64,000 nt of DNA from a virus (IMGVR_UViG_2974704384_000001:1-64000); one strand, 5' to 3'; shown: positions 54,086-63,079, numbered from the stretch's first letter. Translations and numbers: made by a program. Notes: a model not told the origin generated them from the letters alone.

Positions 54086-54329
54086 CCCCGAAATGTTCTT
54101 CCCTAGCAAGGGTGGATCGGCAGCCGAGCCTAAGCGTGTGTGCAACACGATGTGCGAGGTTCGGGAGCAATGCCTAGAGGCCGCGATGCGCGAGGAGTAC
54201 GGCCTGGGTAAGACCCTCCGGTTCGGGGTTCGTGGCGGGTTGGTGCCGAACGCCAGGCACGCGCTGGCGATAGAGCGCGGCGAATACGTCGGTACGGATT
54301 ACTGGGAAGTTCACGGAGAGGTTGCGTAA
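54033..54329 (+). CDS. whiB: WhiB family transcription factor
   Basis: WRELAACQFIDPEMFFP, VCNTMCEVREQC, GVRGG. Confidence 0.85.
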   Translation: MATPESNWRELAACQFIDPEMFFPSKGGSAAEPKRVCNTMCEVREQCLEAAMREEYGLGKTLRFGVRGGLVPNARHALAIERGEYVGTDYWEVHGEVA

Positions 54330-54740
54330 GTGTATTCGGTTAACCAGCGCGTCGGCGTTGAAATGCGGTTCCACGCTAACCAGATCAGCCGGGGTAACGC
54401 GTTCAGCATTCCGGTAACGAATGTGAGTGGCGTGCGATCCAAGCTCATTCCGGAGCTGGACATTCCCGACCTGCCAGGAGCGGCCTGCAAGGGCACGGTT
54501 ACCGACGCTGACGACGACCCGTTCTTTCCTAAGAAGGGAGCTGGCGGGCGAAAGCAGATCGCAGAGGCTCGCGCTGTGTGCAACGGCTGCCCGGCTAAGC
54601 GGAAGTGCTTAGAAGCGGCGCTCAAGTGGGACCGCGCTCATCCCGACTATTTCGACCGCACCCAGGGCGTTTGGGGTGGGACGACGGAAGCGGAGCGCCA
54701 GGAAATCCTTAAGGAGGAGAACGATGCGCTGGCGTCGTAA
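54330..54740 (+). CDS. whiB: WhiB family transcription factor (start uncertain)
   Basis: GAACKG, PFFP, VCNGCPAKRKC, GVWGGTTEAER. Confidence 0.85.
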   Translation: MYSVNQRVGVEMRFHANQISRGNAFSIPVTNVSGVRSKLIPELDIPDLPGAACKGTVTDADDDPFFPKKGAGGRKQIAEARAVCNGCPAKRKCLEAALKWDRAHPDYFDRTQGVWGGTTEAERQEILKEENDALAS

Positions 54741-54812
54741 CCGTCCCCGCCGGAACTGGCGGCGGTTCCTGTCCGACCTGTTCGAGTCATTCCTTGACGG
54801 GGTGTTCGACGT

Positions 54813-55382
54813 ATGGGACTAGCGGAGCGTTGCCGTTCGGGGCGCAGGTGTGTCAGCCGCACTCCGGACGGCCCGGCCTTGGTCGCGCTACGTCCACTGT
54901 GCGACGGCTGCGTTAAGGACATTCAGAAGTGCCTAGATGAACTCCCGACTTACTCCGACTTGCTCGAAAAATATAAGGGCTACGTGCCCGGTTCGGTAGG
55001 GCAGTCGAAAGTCAGTTCATCGGCTGAGCCTAAGGCTCCGTTAAACCTGACGGTCGTTGACCTGATCGGCCAGATTCGCGCGGTGATGCACCGGGCGGAT
55101 GGCTACCAGGTGCGCGACCTCATCACGCTTAGCGGCGGCTTAGAGGTAGCGCTTGATATCCGCGAGGTCTATTCCAAGGCTGACGGGATTATCGGGCTGC
55201 AAAGGGTGTGGGAGCGGAGGCGCGTCCCATGTCCTGAGTGCGGGCTGCCGACGTTGGGCGGCTGGGTTGGCGAGGATCGCATTTACTGCACCAACAGTGA
55301 GTGTGCCACCACGTTAAGCAAGTCCGATTATGAGGACTATTGCGCGGAGAAAGCTAAGGCCAAGCGTGGCGGTGTTCACTAA
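54813..55382 (+). CDS. Zn-binding hypothetical protein
   Basis: CRSGRRC, LCDGC, CPECG..CTNSEC. Confidence 0.65.
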   Translation: MGLAERCRSGRRCVSRTPDGPALVALRPLCDGCVKDIQKCLDELPTYSDLLEKYKGYVPGSVGQSKVSSSAEPKAPLNLTVVDLIGQIRAVMHRADGYQVRDLITLSGGLEVALDIREVYSKADGIIGLQRVWERRRVPCPECGLPTLGGWVGEDRIYCTNSECATTLSKSDYEDYCAEKAKAKRGGVH

Positions 55383-55444
55383 GGTTCCGATGCGTACCGG
55401 GCTGACGTTAAGAGAAGTTGAAGAAATGATAAAGGAGAAGATTA

Positions 55445-55831
55445 GTGCCTAACGCTGAAATTTCGATTCAGGGCAACCTTACCGCTGATCCGGAATTGCG
55501 GTTCCTTGAGTCGGGCGTCGCCGTCGCTCAGTTCTCTGTGGCGTCTACGCCTCGGGTTAAGAAGGGTGACGAGTGGGTGGACGGTGAGACGGTGTTCCTC
55601 CGTACCACTGTGTGGCGCGAGCTGGCTGAGGGGGCGGCTGAGGCCCTGCGTAAGGGTGACTCTGTTGTGGTGATCGGCAAGCTCAAGCAGCGGTCGTTTG
55701 AGACCCGCGAGGGTGAGAAGCGGTCCGTGTTTGAAATCGACGGCGAGTTCGTCGGGAAGAACGTGCGTAAGCGTCGGGAGAACAACGGCGGCGGTTATCA
55801 GGCTGCCGCTAACGACGCTCCCGCCTGGTAA
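55445..55831 (+). CDS. ssb: single-stranded DNA-binding protein
   Basis: GNLTADPELRF..SGVAVAQFSVASTPR, TVWRELAE, GKLKQRSFE. Confidence 0.95.
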   Translation: MPNAEISIQGNLTADPELRFLESGVAVAQFSVASTPRVKKGDEWVDGETVFLRTTVWRELAEGAAEALRKGDSVVVIGKLKQRSFETREGEKRSVFEIDGEFVGKNVRKRRENNGGGYQAAANDAPAW

Positions 55832-55896
55832 TCGAAACCGCCGGAGGTAGGGCTAGCGACCCTGGCCCTACCTCTCTGGCCCGTAAAGGATACGAA

Positions 55897-56115
55897 ATGT
55901 CTCACGAGAAAACTTCCGTTGTGCTGCGAAAGATCGACAAGGCCGCGCGAGTGCGAGGGCTGACTTTCGAGATTCGACGGCCCGGCGGTAATCACACCAT
56001 TTACGACTTGGACGGTTTGATGGTCACTATTCCTAATGGCTCTAAGGTCACGCGGGTTGAGGCCACTTACCGGCAATTGCAGGACAAACTTGGAAAGGGC
56101 TGGTGGCGGCAGTGA
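55897..56115 (+). CDS. hicA: HicA-like (dsRBD-fold) protein
   Basis: 72 aa basic, RPGGNHTIY..VTIP motif. Confidence 0.65.
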   Translation: MSHEKTSVVLRKIDKAARVRGLTFEIRRPGGNHTIYDLDGLMVTIPNGSKVTRVEATYRQLQDKLGKGWWRQ

Positions 56116-56179
56116 CGTGGCGCAAGGTTCTTAAGGTAATCGACCGGATTTTGTGGGGAGTGGAAGGGCGGTGGGTTAA

Positions 56180-57460
56180 GTGAGCTTTGACGCTCCGGAG
56201 AACGCTAACTACGCGGCGACAATCGTTAAGTTGCCGCAGGGGCTTCTCCTAGAGGGTCTGGACAACCTGGTCGGCGTGCCGATGTTCGGCTACCAGGCGC
56301 TCACCCAAAAGGAGGGCTACGAGCTGGGCGCGCTGCGGGTGCTGTTCATGGCCGAGACTCAGCTTGATACCGAGTACGCGCGGGAAAACAACCTGTTCCG
56401 TGAGGCCACCCTGAACCGGGACGCGAGCGAGACCGGCTACCTAGAGCCGAATGCCCGCGTTAAGGCGCTCCGGCTGCGTAAGCACCAGTCGGACGCGCTG
56501 CTGATGCCGGTCGAGTCGCTGGCCTATACCGGCTACGACGTGTCGACGCTCAAGCCGGGCGACACGTTCGACAAGCTGAACGGCCACACGATCTGCCGGA
56601 AGTACGTCCCGAAGGGTAAGAAGCAGGCCACGCAGGGCCAGCCCAAGGTGCGTAAGCAGGTTGACGAGAAGCTGTTCCCGAAGCACCTGGATACGGTGCA
56701 TCTGTTCCGGAACCTGCACTACTTCCGCGACCCTCGTCGGATTGTGACCACGCAGAAGTTGCACGGCACGAGTTGGCGCGGCGGCAATATCCCGGTTAAC
56801 CGGACTAAGGGTCGCTTTGAGCGGTTCCTGAACCGGCTGGGCATTGCTACTCCGGATACCGAGTACAAGCACGTGTTCGGCTCGCGGAATGTGGTTAAGG
56901 GCCGGTCGGAGAACAACCACTACTACGCCACTGACCTGTGGGCGCGGTTCGGCCAGAAGCTTGAGGGCAAGATTCCGGAGAACTTCATCATCTATGGCGA
57001 GCTGGTCGGCTGGGTTAGTAAGGATGAGCCGATCCAGAAGGGTTACACCTATAACCTGCCGCCGGGTGAGTGCGAGCTTTACGTCTACCGGGTTGCGACG
57101 GTGAACCCTAAGGGCGTTATCGCGGACCTCTCATGGGAAGGCGTTAAGGACTTCTGCCGGTCACTGGACCTTAAGACCGTGCCGGAGTTCGGTTACAGCA
57201 TTGAGACGGTGACCGACACTGAGGACGAAGAGTCCTTTGTGGAGGCGTACCAGGAAATGTATATGGACCTGCGCTACGCGGACGAATACCCGGCTGGCGG
57301 TTACTTGCCGCTGAGCGACCGTAAGACGGTTGACGAGGGCGTGTGTGTCCGTATCGAGGGCATGGTGCCGCACGTGCTAAAGGCGAAGTCGCCGAAGTTC
57401 CTAGAGCACGAGACTAAGCAGTTGGATAAGGGAGAGGTTGACCTTGAAACGGTGGCGTAA
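56180..57460 (+). CDS. ATP-dependent RNA ligase (Rnl2/DRB0094-like)
   Basis: motif I TQKLHGTS, YGEL, EGVCVR, KAKSPKF. Confidence 0.88.
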   Translation: MSFDAPENANYAATIVKLPQGLLLEGLDNLVGVPMFGYQALTQKEGYELGALRVLFMAETQLDTEYARENNLFREATLNRDASETGYLEPNARVKALRLRKHQSDALLMPVESLAYTGYDVSTLKPGDTFDKLNGHTICRKYVPKGKKQATQGQPKVRKQVDEKLFPKHLDTVHLFRNLHYFRDPRRIVTTQKLHGTSWRGGNIPVNRTKGRFERFLNRLGIATPDTEYKHVFGSRNVVKGRSENNHYYATDLWARFGQKLEGKIPENFIIYGELVGWVSKDEPIQKGYTYNLPPGECELYVYRVATVNPKGVIADLSWEGVKDFCRSLDLKTVPEFGYSIETVTDTEDEESFVEAYQEMYMDLRYADEYPAGGYLPLSDRKTVDEGVCVRIEGMVPHVLKAKSPKFLEHETKQLDKGEVDLETVA

Positions 57461-57623
57461 AGCCGCTATCGCCGGGGCCGCAGTGTTGACAGTTTTCGGG
57501 CTGTCGGCCTGCGGCTCTGGCGTGCCAGCCAATACATACAAGCAGGAATTGCCAGACGGTCGCACTGTTCAGTGCGTTACGAGTGGCCCCGCTATTAGCT
57601 GCGATTGGAGCAATGCTAAGTGA
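57438..57623 (+). CDS. small lipoprotein
   Basis: lipobox LSAC. Confidence 0.65.
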   Translation: MTLKRWRKAAIAGAAVLTVFGLSACGSGVPANTYKQELPDGRTVQCVTSGPAISCDWSNAK

Positions 57624-58291
57624 TGAACGATACGGTCATTAAGGACCGCTTCAAGGATGCTTTCAAGGCAGCCAAGCTGCGTGAGGTTGAGGCTAAGGCC
57701 GCCCTTGCGGAGTTGCAGACCGGCCAGGCGCAGCGGGCCGAGCGTCATTTCCTGGCGACGGACGACATGGTTCATCAGCACTACTTCATTGGTGCTGTGG
57801 ACTCTAAGAACGTCGCTGAGTGCGCGCAGCACCTTGAGTTCTGGCACCGGCTGGACCCGACGTGCGACATGAACGTGGAGATTCACTCCGGCGGCGGGTC
57901 GTGCCTCGCGGGCCTGAGCCTGTTCGACAACCTGACGCGCTACAGCTTGCGGGGCGGTGGTCAGCACAAGGTGACCATGACCGTTCGGGGCTTGGCCGCG
58001 AGCATGGCGACGGTCCTGGTGCAGGCTGCCGACGAACGCGTTATCGGTCCTGAGTCGTTCTTCATGGTTCACGAACTGTCCGGCAACACGGCGGGCAAGA
58101 TCGGTGAGCTTGAGGACACGATGGCGTTCTACCGGAAGCTCAATACGCGTATCGGTGAGATTTACGTTGAGCGGTCCGGTGGTAAGTGCTCTGCCGAGAA
58201 GTTCGCGGCGCTGTGGACGCGCCAGGACGTGTGGCTTAACGCTCAGGAGGCTTTCGATTTGGGCTTCGTGGATCGGATTGAGGGGGAGTAG
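57620..58291 (+). CDS. clpP: ClpP-like protease
   Basis: IHSGGGS..GLSLFD, GLAASMA (Ser), MVHEL (His), DVWLNAQEA..LGFVD. Confidence 0.88.
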   Translation: MMNDTVIKDRFKDAFKAAKLREVEAKAALAELQTGQAQRAERHFLATDDMVHQHYFIGAVDSKNVAECAQHLEFWHRLDPTCDMNVEIHSGGGSCLAGLSLFDNLTRYSLRGGGQHKVTMTVRGLAASMATVLVQAADERVIGPESFFMVHELSGNTAGKIGELEDTMAFYRKLNTRIGEIYVERSGGKCSAEKFAALWTRQDVWLNAQEAFDLGFVDRIEGE

Positions 58292-58686
58292 TGAGCGTTA
58301 AGGCTCCGACGTTGAATGGCCGTAAAGGCGACTACGCGGTGCAGCCGCATGAGGTGGCGCGCGCTAAGGTGCTGCCGACCGCGCTGGGGGAGGGTGAGGT
58401 ACTGACCCTTACCGACGCTGAGCGGAAGGCCGCGCGTAAGGCTATCGGTCAGATTCACGCCAACCTGGACGTGAAGCTGCAAGCCGTGCTGGACGCCATT
58501 AATCACGTGCGGTCTAACGATCCGGTGGGGACGTTGCGTAAGAACAGCAAGGGTGTGTACGCGTTCTCATTCGAGCCGGGTAAGTGGCTGCTGATCGACG
58601 TGGATAAGCCCGCCTACCGGGCCGCTGAGTCGCCTGCTGATAACGCGGCGATCCAGAACTCTTGGGAGCTGGTGGTTTCCGGCTAG
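58291..58686 (+). CDS. hypothetical protein
   Basis: 131 aa, GGAG RBS. Confidence 0.65.
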   Translation: MSVKAPTLNGRKGDYAVQPHEVARAKVLPTALGEGEVLTLTDAERKAARKAIGQIHANLDVKLQAVLDAINHVRSNDPVGTLRKNSKGVYAFSFEPGKWLLIDVDKPAYRAAESPADNAAIQNSWELVVSG

Positions 58687-58796
58687 TGGTCAATTACTTG
58701 TCGGGGTTGTTCGTGGGCGCGGTCGTTGGGGCCGCGCTCACGGTCTACCTGTTCGCCAGCGGGAAGTTCTCAATCACGCCTGAGGGGGACGAGTGA
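58686..58796 (+). CDS. small membrane protein
   Basis: MVNYLSGLFVGAVVGAALTVYLF..., single TM; not in ORF track. Confidence 0.5.
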   Translation: MVNYLSGLFVGAVVGAALTVYLFASGKFSITPEGDE

Positions 58797-59032
58797 GTTA
58801 CACATTGCTAGCGGGGTCGTCTAACGGGCTGGCCCTGGTTAGCCATCCGGACGGCGGGGTGTTCCGCTACAACTTCGGGCGTCCGGACGGCATCATCTTC
58901 TACCAGAACGCAGACCACCTAGAGGCGTTTAACCCTGGTGACAATCTGCTGTGGGACTACTATGGTCGCAAGTTCGACACGCTCGACTCGCTGCGGGTCT
59001 GGTGGACCTACAACCGGACCGGCAGTGGCTAA
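58793..59032 (+). CDS. hypothetical protein
   Basis: 79 aa. Confidence 0.6.
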   Translation: MSYTLLAGSSNGLALVSHPDGGVFRYNFGRPDGIIFYQNADHLEAFNPGDNLLWDYYGRKFDTLDSLRVWWTYNRTGSG

Positions 59033-59363
59033 GTGGCCGTGGCCTGCGGACACTAAGGACGACCGGTACCGCAGGATCATTGACCATTACCGGTCGGCCC
59101 TAGCGGAGATTGACCTAGAGGCGTGCCTAGTGGTCGATAAGAAGATGGCAGAGTACGGGCAGCCTTGGGTGTCCGATAACTCGATTATCGACGTGAACGA
59201 AATGCTGAGCGCTAAGCAACTGTCTGAGCGGTTCGGCATTTCGGAGTGGGACGTGCGCAACTGGGCTAAGCGTCATCCTGACAAGATCAGGCGGCATAAA
59301 GCTGCTAACGGTCGGACGTTATTCCGCGTCGGGGACGTGCTCACTTATCACGCGACCCGCTAG
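59025..59363 (+). CDS. HTH DNA-binding protein
   Basis: LSAKQLSERFGISEWDVRNWAKR, RTLFRVGDVL; GTG 59025. Confidence 0.7.
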   Translation: MAKWPWPADTKDDRYRRIIDHYRSALAEIDLEACLVVDKKMAEYGQPWVSDNSIIDVNEMLSAKQLSERFGISEWDVRNWAKRHPDKIRRHKAANGRTLFRVGDVLTYHATR

Positions 59364-59410
59364 GGAACTCTTGGTCATGATTTAATTAAAGAGGGGAAAG
59401 TTGTACCCAA

Positions 59411-59824
59411 ATGTGGGCTGATATTCCTATTCCAGAACTTAAGGGGTACCAGGCCAGCGACCAGGGCAAGATTCGCGGTCCTCGCAAGGAACTGTCCGAG
59501 TGGGCAGACGAGCGGGGCTGTATGCGCGTTAAAGCGGCTGGGAGGCCGTGGGCGGTACACATGCTGGTCTTGCTGACGTTCGTCGGCCCTAGGCCATCTG
59601 GGGGCGCTCCACGGTGGCTGAATGGTGATCCCACGGATAACCGGCTGGTGAATCTGAAATGGCACACCGAGGATGAGCCGGAAGTTCTGACGCGGGTCAA
59701 TCGTTGCCGCAATGGGCACGTGTACTCACGAGAAAACACAAAGGTATGGGGTTCGGGTCACCGGGTTTGCCTCGATTGCGAGAAGGGCGTCCCTAAGGTG
59801 ATTCAGCTTCCGGAAGTGATTTAG
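59411..59824 (+). CDS. NUMOD4-HNH endonuclease-like protein
   Basis: WADIP..GYQASDQGKIR, VHMLVLLTFVGPRP, RWLNGDPTDNRLVNLKW, CRNGH..CLDC. Confidence 0.8.
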   Translation: MWADIPIPELKGYQASDQGKIRGPRKELSEWADERGCMRVKAAGRPWAVHMLVLLTFVGPRPSGGAPRWLNGDPTDNRLVNLKWHTEDEPEVLTRVNRCRNGHVYSRENTKVWGSGHRVCLDCEKGVPKVIQLPEVI

Positions 59825-59872
59825 CGCGCCCGGCGGTAGCCACTGGTTACCTAGCCGGTTCTGGCTGCGCTG

Positions 59873-59915
59873 AGGCGGGTGTCCTGGCGAGGGGTCGGGG
59901 CACCCGCCTTTCTCT
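59873..59915 (+). terminator. terminator-like hairpin
   Basis: AGGCGGGTGTCC / GGGCACCCGCCT stem then TTCTCT. Confidence 0.55.
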
Positions 59916-59927
59916 TAAGGGGGTGCA

Positions 59928-60188
59928 GTGAAGCCATCTGACTATGCGTGGTTGGCGTTACTTTGCGCGATTGTCGGATATGAGATTGCGGCACCGCCTG
60001 GCGAGCTTCTTAGTGAGGGCTGGGACCGCTACTTGCAGAGGTTTCCGATTGGCGCGCGTGTGCTGCCGCTGGTGGTGACCTTGCATGTGATTAATGCGCT
60101 GCCTGAACGCTATGACCCGGTTCACCGGTTGTCTGTGCTGTTCGCGGCGCTTGGGGGAAAAATTGACCGATCCAAAGGAAGTGCTTGA
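59928..60188 (+). CDS. membrane protein
   Basis: AWLALLCAIVGYEI..ELLSEGWDRY, HVINALP..DP. Confidence 0.7.
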   Translation: MKPSDYAWLALLCAIVGYEIAAPPGELLSEGWDRYLQRFPIGARVLPLVVTLHVINALPERYDPVHRLSVLFAALGGKIDRSKGSA

Positions 60189-60579
60189 GCATCTAGAGGC
60201 CGAGAAGGCTGCTAAGGCCGCTAAGCGTGACGCGATCAACCCAGAGCATTACAAAGATGGCTGGTCGGATGGCGCTGAGCTGATCAGCATTACTGAGAAC
60301 TTGACCAGTTCGGGTGGGCAGGCTGTGCAGTACATTGCACGCGCTACGCGACTGGATACCAGTAAGAACAAAGGTAAGAACTCGCTTGAGTGGATTCAAG
60401 ACCTAGAGAAGGCTAAATGGTTCCTTGACCGGGAGATTAAGCGTCTCCGTGGTAAGACCTCTATGCCAGTCAAGCCGGTCCTGCTCGGTGAGCAGGCGTA
60501 CACCATTAACGTCGGGCCGAACGCAGTCGACTACATGCGCGCTATGGCTGCCACTAAGCACCCTCGGGCGTTCGCATGA
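60163..60579 (+). CDS. DUF3310-like protein
   Basis: INPEHY, AVQYIARA, QDLEKAKWFLDREI; TTG 60163. Confidence 0.7.
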   Translation: MTDPKEVLEHLEAEKAAKAAKRDAINPEHYKDGWSDGAELISITENLTSSGGQAVQYIARATRLDTSKNKGKNSLEWIQDLEKAKWFLDREIKRLRGKTSMPVKPVLLGEQAYTINVGPNAVDYMRAMAATKHPRAFA

Positions 60580-61358
60580 GCGCCCGCGTCCTGATCCTGG
60601 ACATTGAGACGCAGCGGGCCATCGTTGAGACGTTTGGCTTGTTTAAGCAGTTCGTCGGCATTGACCAGGTGCAGGTGCCTACACGCGTTCTGTGCTGGGC
60701 TGCTAAGTGGCGCGGCGAGGATCGCGTCATGTTTAAGGCCGCTTGGGACGATCACGACGAGGCCGCTTATCGCTCCATGATGCAAGTCATGTGGGATGCG
60801 ATGGATAGCGCCGATATCGTCGTGACGTGGAACGGTGACCGTTTCGACCTGCAATGGCTTGAGGCTGAGTTCCTGCGCCTAGGCATGGGCCGTCCGACGC
60901 CGTATAAGTCGGTTGACTTGATTAAGTCGGTGCGCCGCTGGTTTAAGGGCGGGCTGATGAGCATGAAGCTCGATTGGTCGTCCCGAATCATCCTTAAGGA
61001 CCGCAAGGTTCATCACGGAGGGAGTGACCTCTGGTGGGATATTAGGCACGGCACTAAGGCTGAGAAGCGCGCCGCGCAGAAGATTATGCGCGAGTACAAC
61101 GAGCATGACGTTCGTTTGACTGGGCGGCTGTTTGAGCATCACTTGCCGTATTTGAACCTGAACCTCGCTTTGTATGAGGAGACGGTGGACGACGGTGTTG
61201 AGCGTTGCGTTAAGTGCAATAGCGAGAACTTGAAGAAAGACGGCGTGAAGGCTTACGTCACTACAGCGGGTGTTTATCAGATGCTCCGCTGTAAGGACTG
61301 TGGTGGCACGTCGCGTGGTAAGCGGATTCGTGGGACGACAGAATTGAGGCCGGTTTAA
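60576..61358 (+). CDS. DnaQ/RNase H-like 3'-5' exonuclease
   Basis: LDIET, TWNGDRFDL, SVDL, YNEHDV. Confidence 0.85.
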   Translation: MSARVLILDIETQRAIVETFGLFKQFVGIDQVQVPTRVLCWAAKWRGEDRVMFKAAWDDHDEAAYRSMMQVMWDAMDSADIVVTWNGDRFDLQWLEAEFLRLGMGRPTPYKSVDLIKSVRRWFKGGLMSMKLDWSSRIILKDRKVHHGGSDLWWDIRHGTKAEKRAAQKIMREYNEHDVRLTGRLFEHHLPYLNLNLALYEETVDDGVERCVKCNSENLKKDGVKAYVTTAGVYQMLRCKDCGGTSRGKRIRGTTELRPV

Positions 61359-61541
61359 ATGAAGCCAGTTCAGCAGCCTAATAAGCTGCACCAGATGATC
61401 GTGAGTGCGCTGCTTGATAACAAGCAGGTGTATGTGCCTGCGCCTAAGGGTGTGGACGGTCCTGGTCATTGGCGGGGCACGTTGGCGAATAACGTGTCGG
61501 ACCTGAATATTGATCGCGCGGCTAAGCGGTGGCTTAAGTGA
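61359..61541 (+). CDS. hypothetical protein
   Basis: 60 aa. Confidence 0.55.
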   Translation: MKPVQQPNKLHQMIVSALLDNKQVYVPAPKGVDGPGHWRGTLANNVSDLNIDRAAKRWLK

Positions 61542-61708
61542 GTAGGGACGCTGCGGTTCGTCGGCAGGAGTTGCGCCGGTCGAACGCGGCGGTCCCACAC
61601 CGGAATCGTTACCGCGAGCACAAGTCTGGAAAGGGCAAACATGGGGAGGCCATAGCCGAGGGGGTAGCGGATGCCGGGGAATTTGAGGAAGAAGGGTGGG
61701 ACTGGTAA
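61538..61708 (+). CDS. small hypothetical protein
   Basis: MSRDAAVRRQELRRSNAAVPH...; not in ORF track. Confidence 0.45.
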   Translation: MSRDAAVRRQELRRSNAAVPHRNRYREHKSGKGKHGEAIAEGVADAGEFEEEGWDW

Positions 61709-62093
61709 GACTGAGCGCGATTACCTTAGGGCGCGTAAGCGTGTACTGAGGCAGTCTCAGATTTGCGCACTCCCAACCTGCCGAAAGGCAATTGACCTTA
61801 ACCTCAAGTCGGTCTGCCAGTTCGTGGATACGAGCAAGTACACGGCAGAGACCGCGCATTTGATTCCTTTGGACTGCGGCCCTGATTGTCGGAAGCTTAA
61901 GCACTATCGCAAGAGTAATCCGTGGGGTCCGTCCGCTAACCATAAAATCTCGGTGGCTTCGTTGCCGCCGGATTCACCACTGTTGGCGTCCGTCAAGAAT
62001 CTTGAGCCTATGCACTTGAAGTGCAACCAGGAACTTGGCGACAGTAAAAACGCTAAGCCTCGAAATAAGACTTCGAGAGATTGGTTCGCATAG
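61671..62093 (+). CDS. HNH endonuclease (packaging-associated type)
   Basis: CALPTCRKAID, SANHKI, NLEPMHLKCNQ. Confidence 0.7.
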   Translation: MPGNLRKKGGTGKTERDYLRARKRVLRQSQICALPTCRKAIDLNLKSVCQFVDTSKYTAETAHLIPLDCGPDCRKLKHYRKSNPWGPSANHKISVASLPPDSPLLASVKNLEPMHLKCNQELGDSKNAKPRNKTSRDWFA

Positions 62094-62311
62094 TGTCGGA
62101 TAATTCTTCGCCCGACGACCAGGGCAACATCATGGTCGCGGAGCTGCGCATCGTTCAGTACATCGACGGTGACGGCACCCTTAATACCGTGGATTTGTCT
62201 CAGGGGCCGGGTGGCGCTGAGCTTGAGGATGAGGCGTATTCGCAGTTGCTCGATTGGGCGCGTGCGTTCACGTTGGCTCCTAAGGTTGCGGCGATTCTCG
62301 CTAATGAGTGA
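62093..62311 (+). CDS. hypothetical protein
   Basis: GTG 62093 in frame with ORF 62081. Confidence 0.55.
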   Translation: MSDNSSPDDQGNIMVAELRIVQYIDGDGTLNTVDLSQGPGGAELEDEAYSQLLDWARAFTLAPKVAAILANE

Positions 62312-62423
62312 GGTTTACACGTCGGAGGTTTTCGCGCGTTGTGTTGCGTGTGATGATTCGATCCGGCTGGGCGATGAAGTTACGGAGTTCGCGGGGGAAC
62401 TGTTTCATGCCGAGTGCGTCTAA
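62304..62423 (+). CDS. small Zn-finger-like protein
   Basis: CVAC...HAEC. Confidence 0.5.
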   Translation: MSEVYTSEVFARCVACDDSIRLGDEVTEFAGELFHAECV

Positions 62424-62565
62424 GGTCAAGCGGCCTTGTGTGGCGTGCGGCAAGCCAGTTCCTACCGAGCGTTTCCATAAGATTTACGGGCGCGGTTGGG
62501 GGAAGCTATTTCATGTGGAATGCGCCCCAGATCAAATAGAGGTTCCGGATGGAGTTCAAAGCTAA
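62407..62565 (+). CDS. small Zn-finger-like protein
   Basis: CVAC...HVEC. Confidence 0.5.
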   Translation: MPSASKVKRPCVACGKPVPTERFHKIYGRGWGKLFHVECAPDQIEVPDGVQS

Positions 62566-62725
62566 GTGTTGCGCGCCGGGACATGACTTGTGTGATCCGT
62601 GCTGCGTGTGCGGGGAGCCGGAGGGCATTAACGAGCGGCCTGATCTTGCGCCGCCGTCGAATCCGGTTCCGTCGCGTGTTAAGCGGAAGATCAATAATCC
62701 TTGGCCGCAGGAGAAGCGAGGTTAG
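62549..62725 (+). CDS. small Cys-rich protein
   Basis: MEFKAKCCAPGHDLCDPCCVCGEP...; not in ORF track. Confidence 0.45.
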   Translation: MEFKAKCCAPGHDLCDPCCVCGEPEGINERPDLAPPSNPVPSRVKRKINNPWPQEKRG

Positions 62726-62779
62726 GTGATTGTTCGTATGTGTCGGGATCTTCTCAAAGTCGCTTAACGCGGCTCAATT

Positions 62780-62850
62780 GCTGGATTAGCTTAGTGGTCA
62801 AGCGCTGCCTTCGTAACGCAGATTCACCGGTTCGATTCCGGTATCCAGCT
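62780..62850 (+). tRNA. trnT: tRNA-Thr(CGT)
   Basis: acceptor GCTGGAT/ATCCAGC, D GCTT/AAGC, loop TT-CGT-AA, T-arm ACCGG-TTCGATT-CCGGT; no encoded CCA; C31:C39 mismatch. Confidence 0.88.
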
Positions 62851-62882
62851 CGTAGGAAATACAACTGAATAGGGAGATTGAT

Positions 62883-63023
62883 ATGGCTGAAATTGAGAAA
62901 GACCCGATCAAGGTTGCTAAAGACAAGCTTGACGTTGTGCAGGAGCTTCGGGATCGCAAGGCATGGCCTAAAGAGGAAGTGCCGGAGCAGGCTAAGAAGC
63001 CCGCTAAGGTCGGTAACGCGTAA
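62883..63023 (+). CDS. small hypothetical protein within tRNA cluster
   Basis: GGGAG RBS preceded by CAACTGAATA motif; MAEIEKDPIKVAK... Confidence 0.65.
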   Translation: MAEIEKDPIKVAKDKLDVVQELRDRKAWPKEEVPEQAKKPAKVGNA

Positions 63024-63079
63024 GTTTCAACAGTCATTGCCAAGGCTATGCGTGAGTATCCTCAAACCGGCAATGCAAT

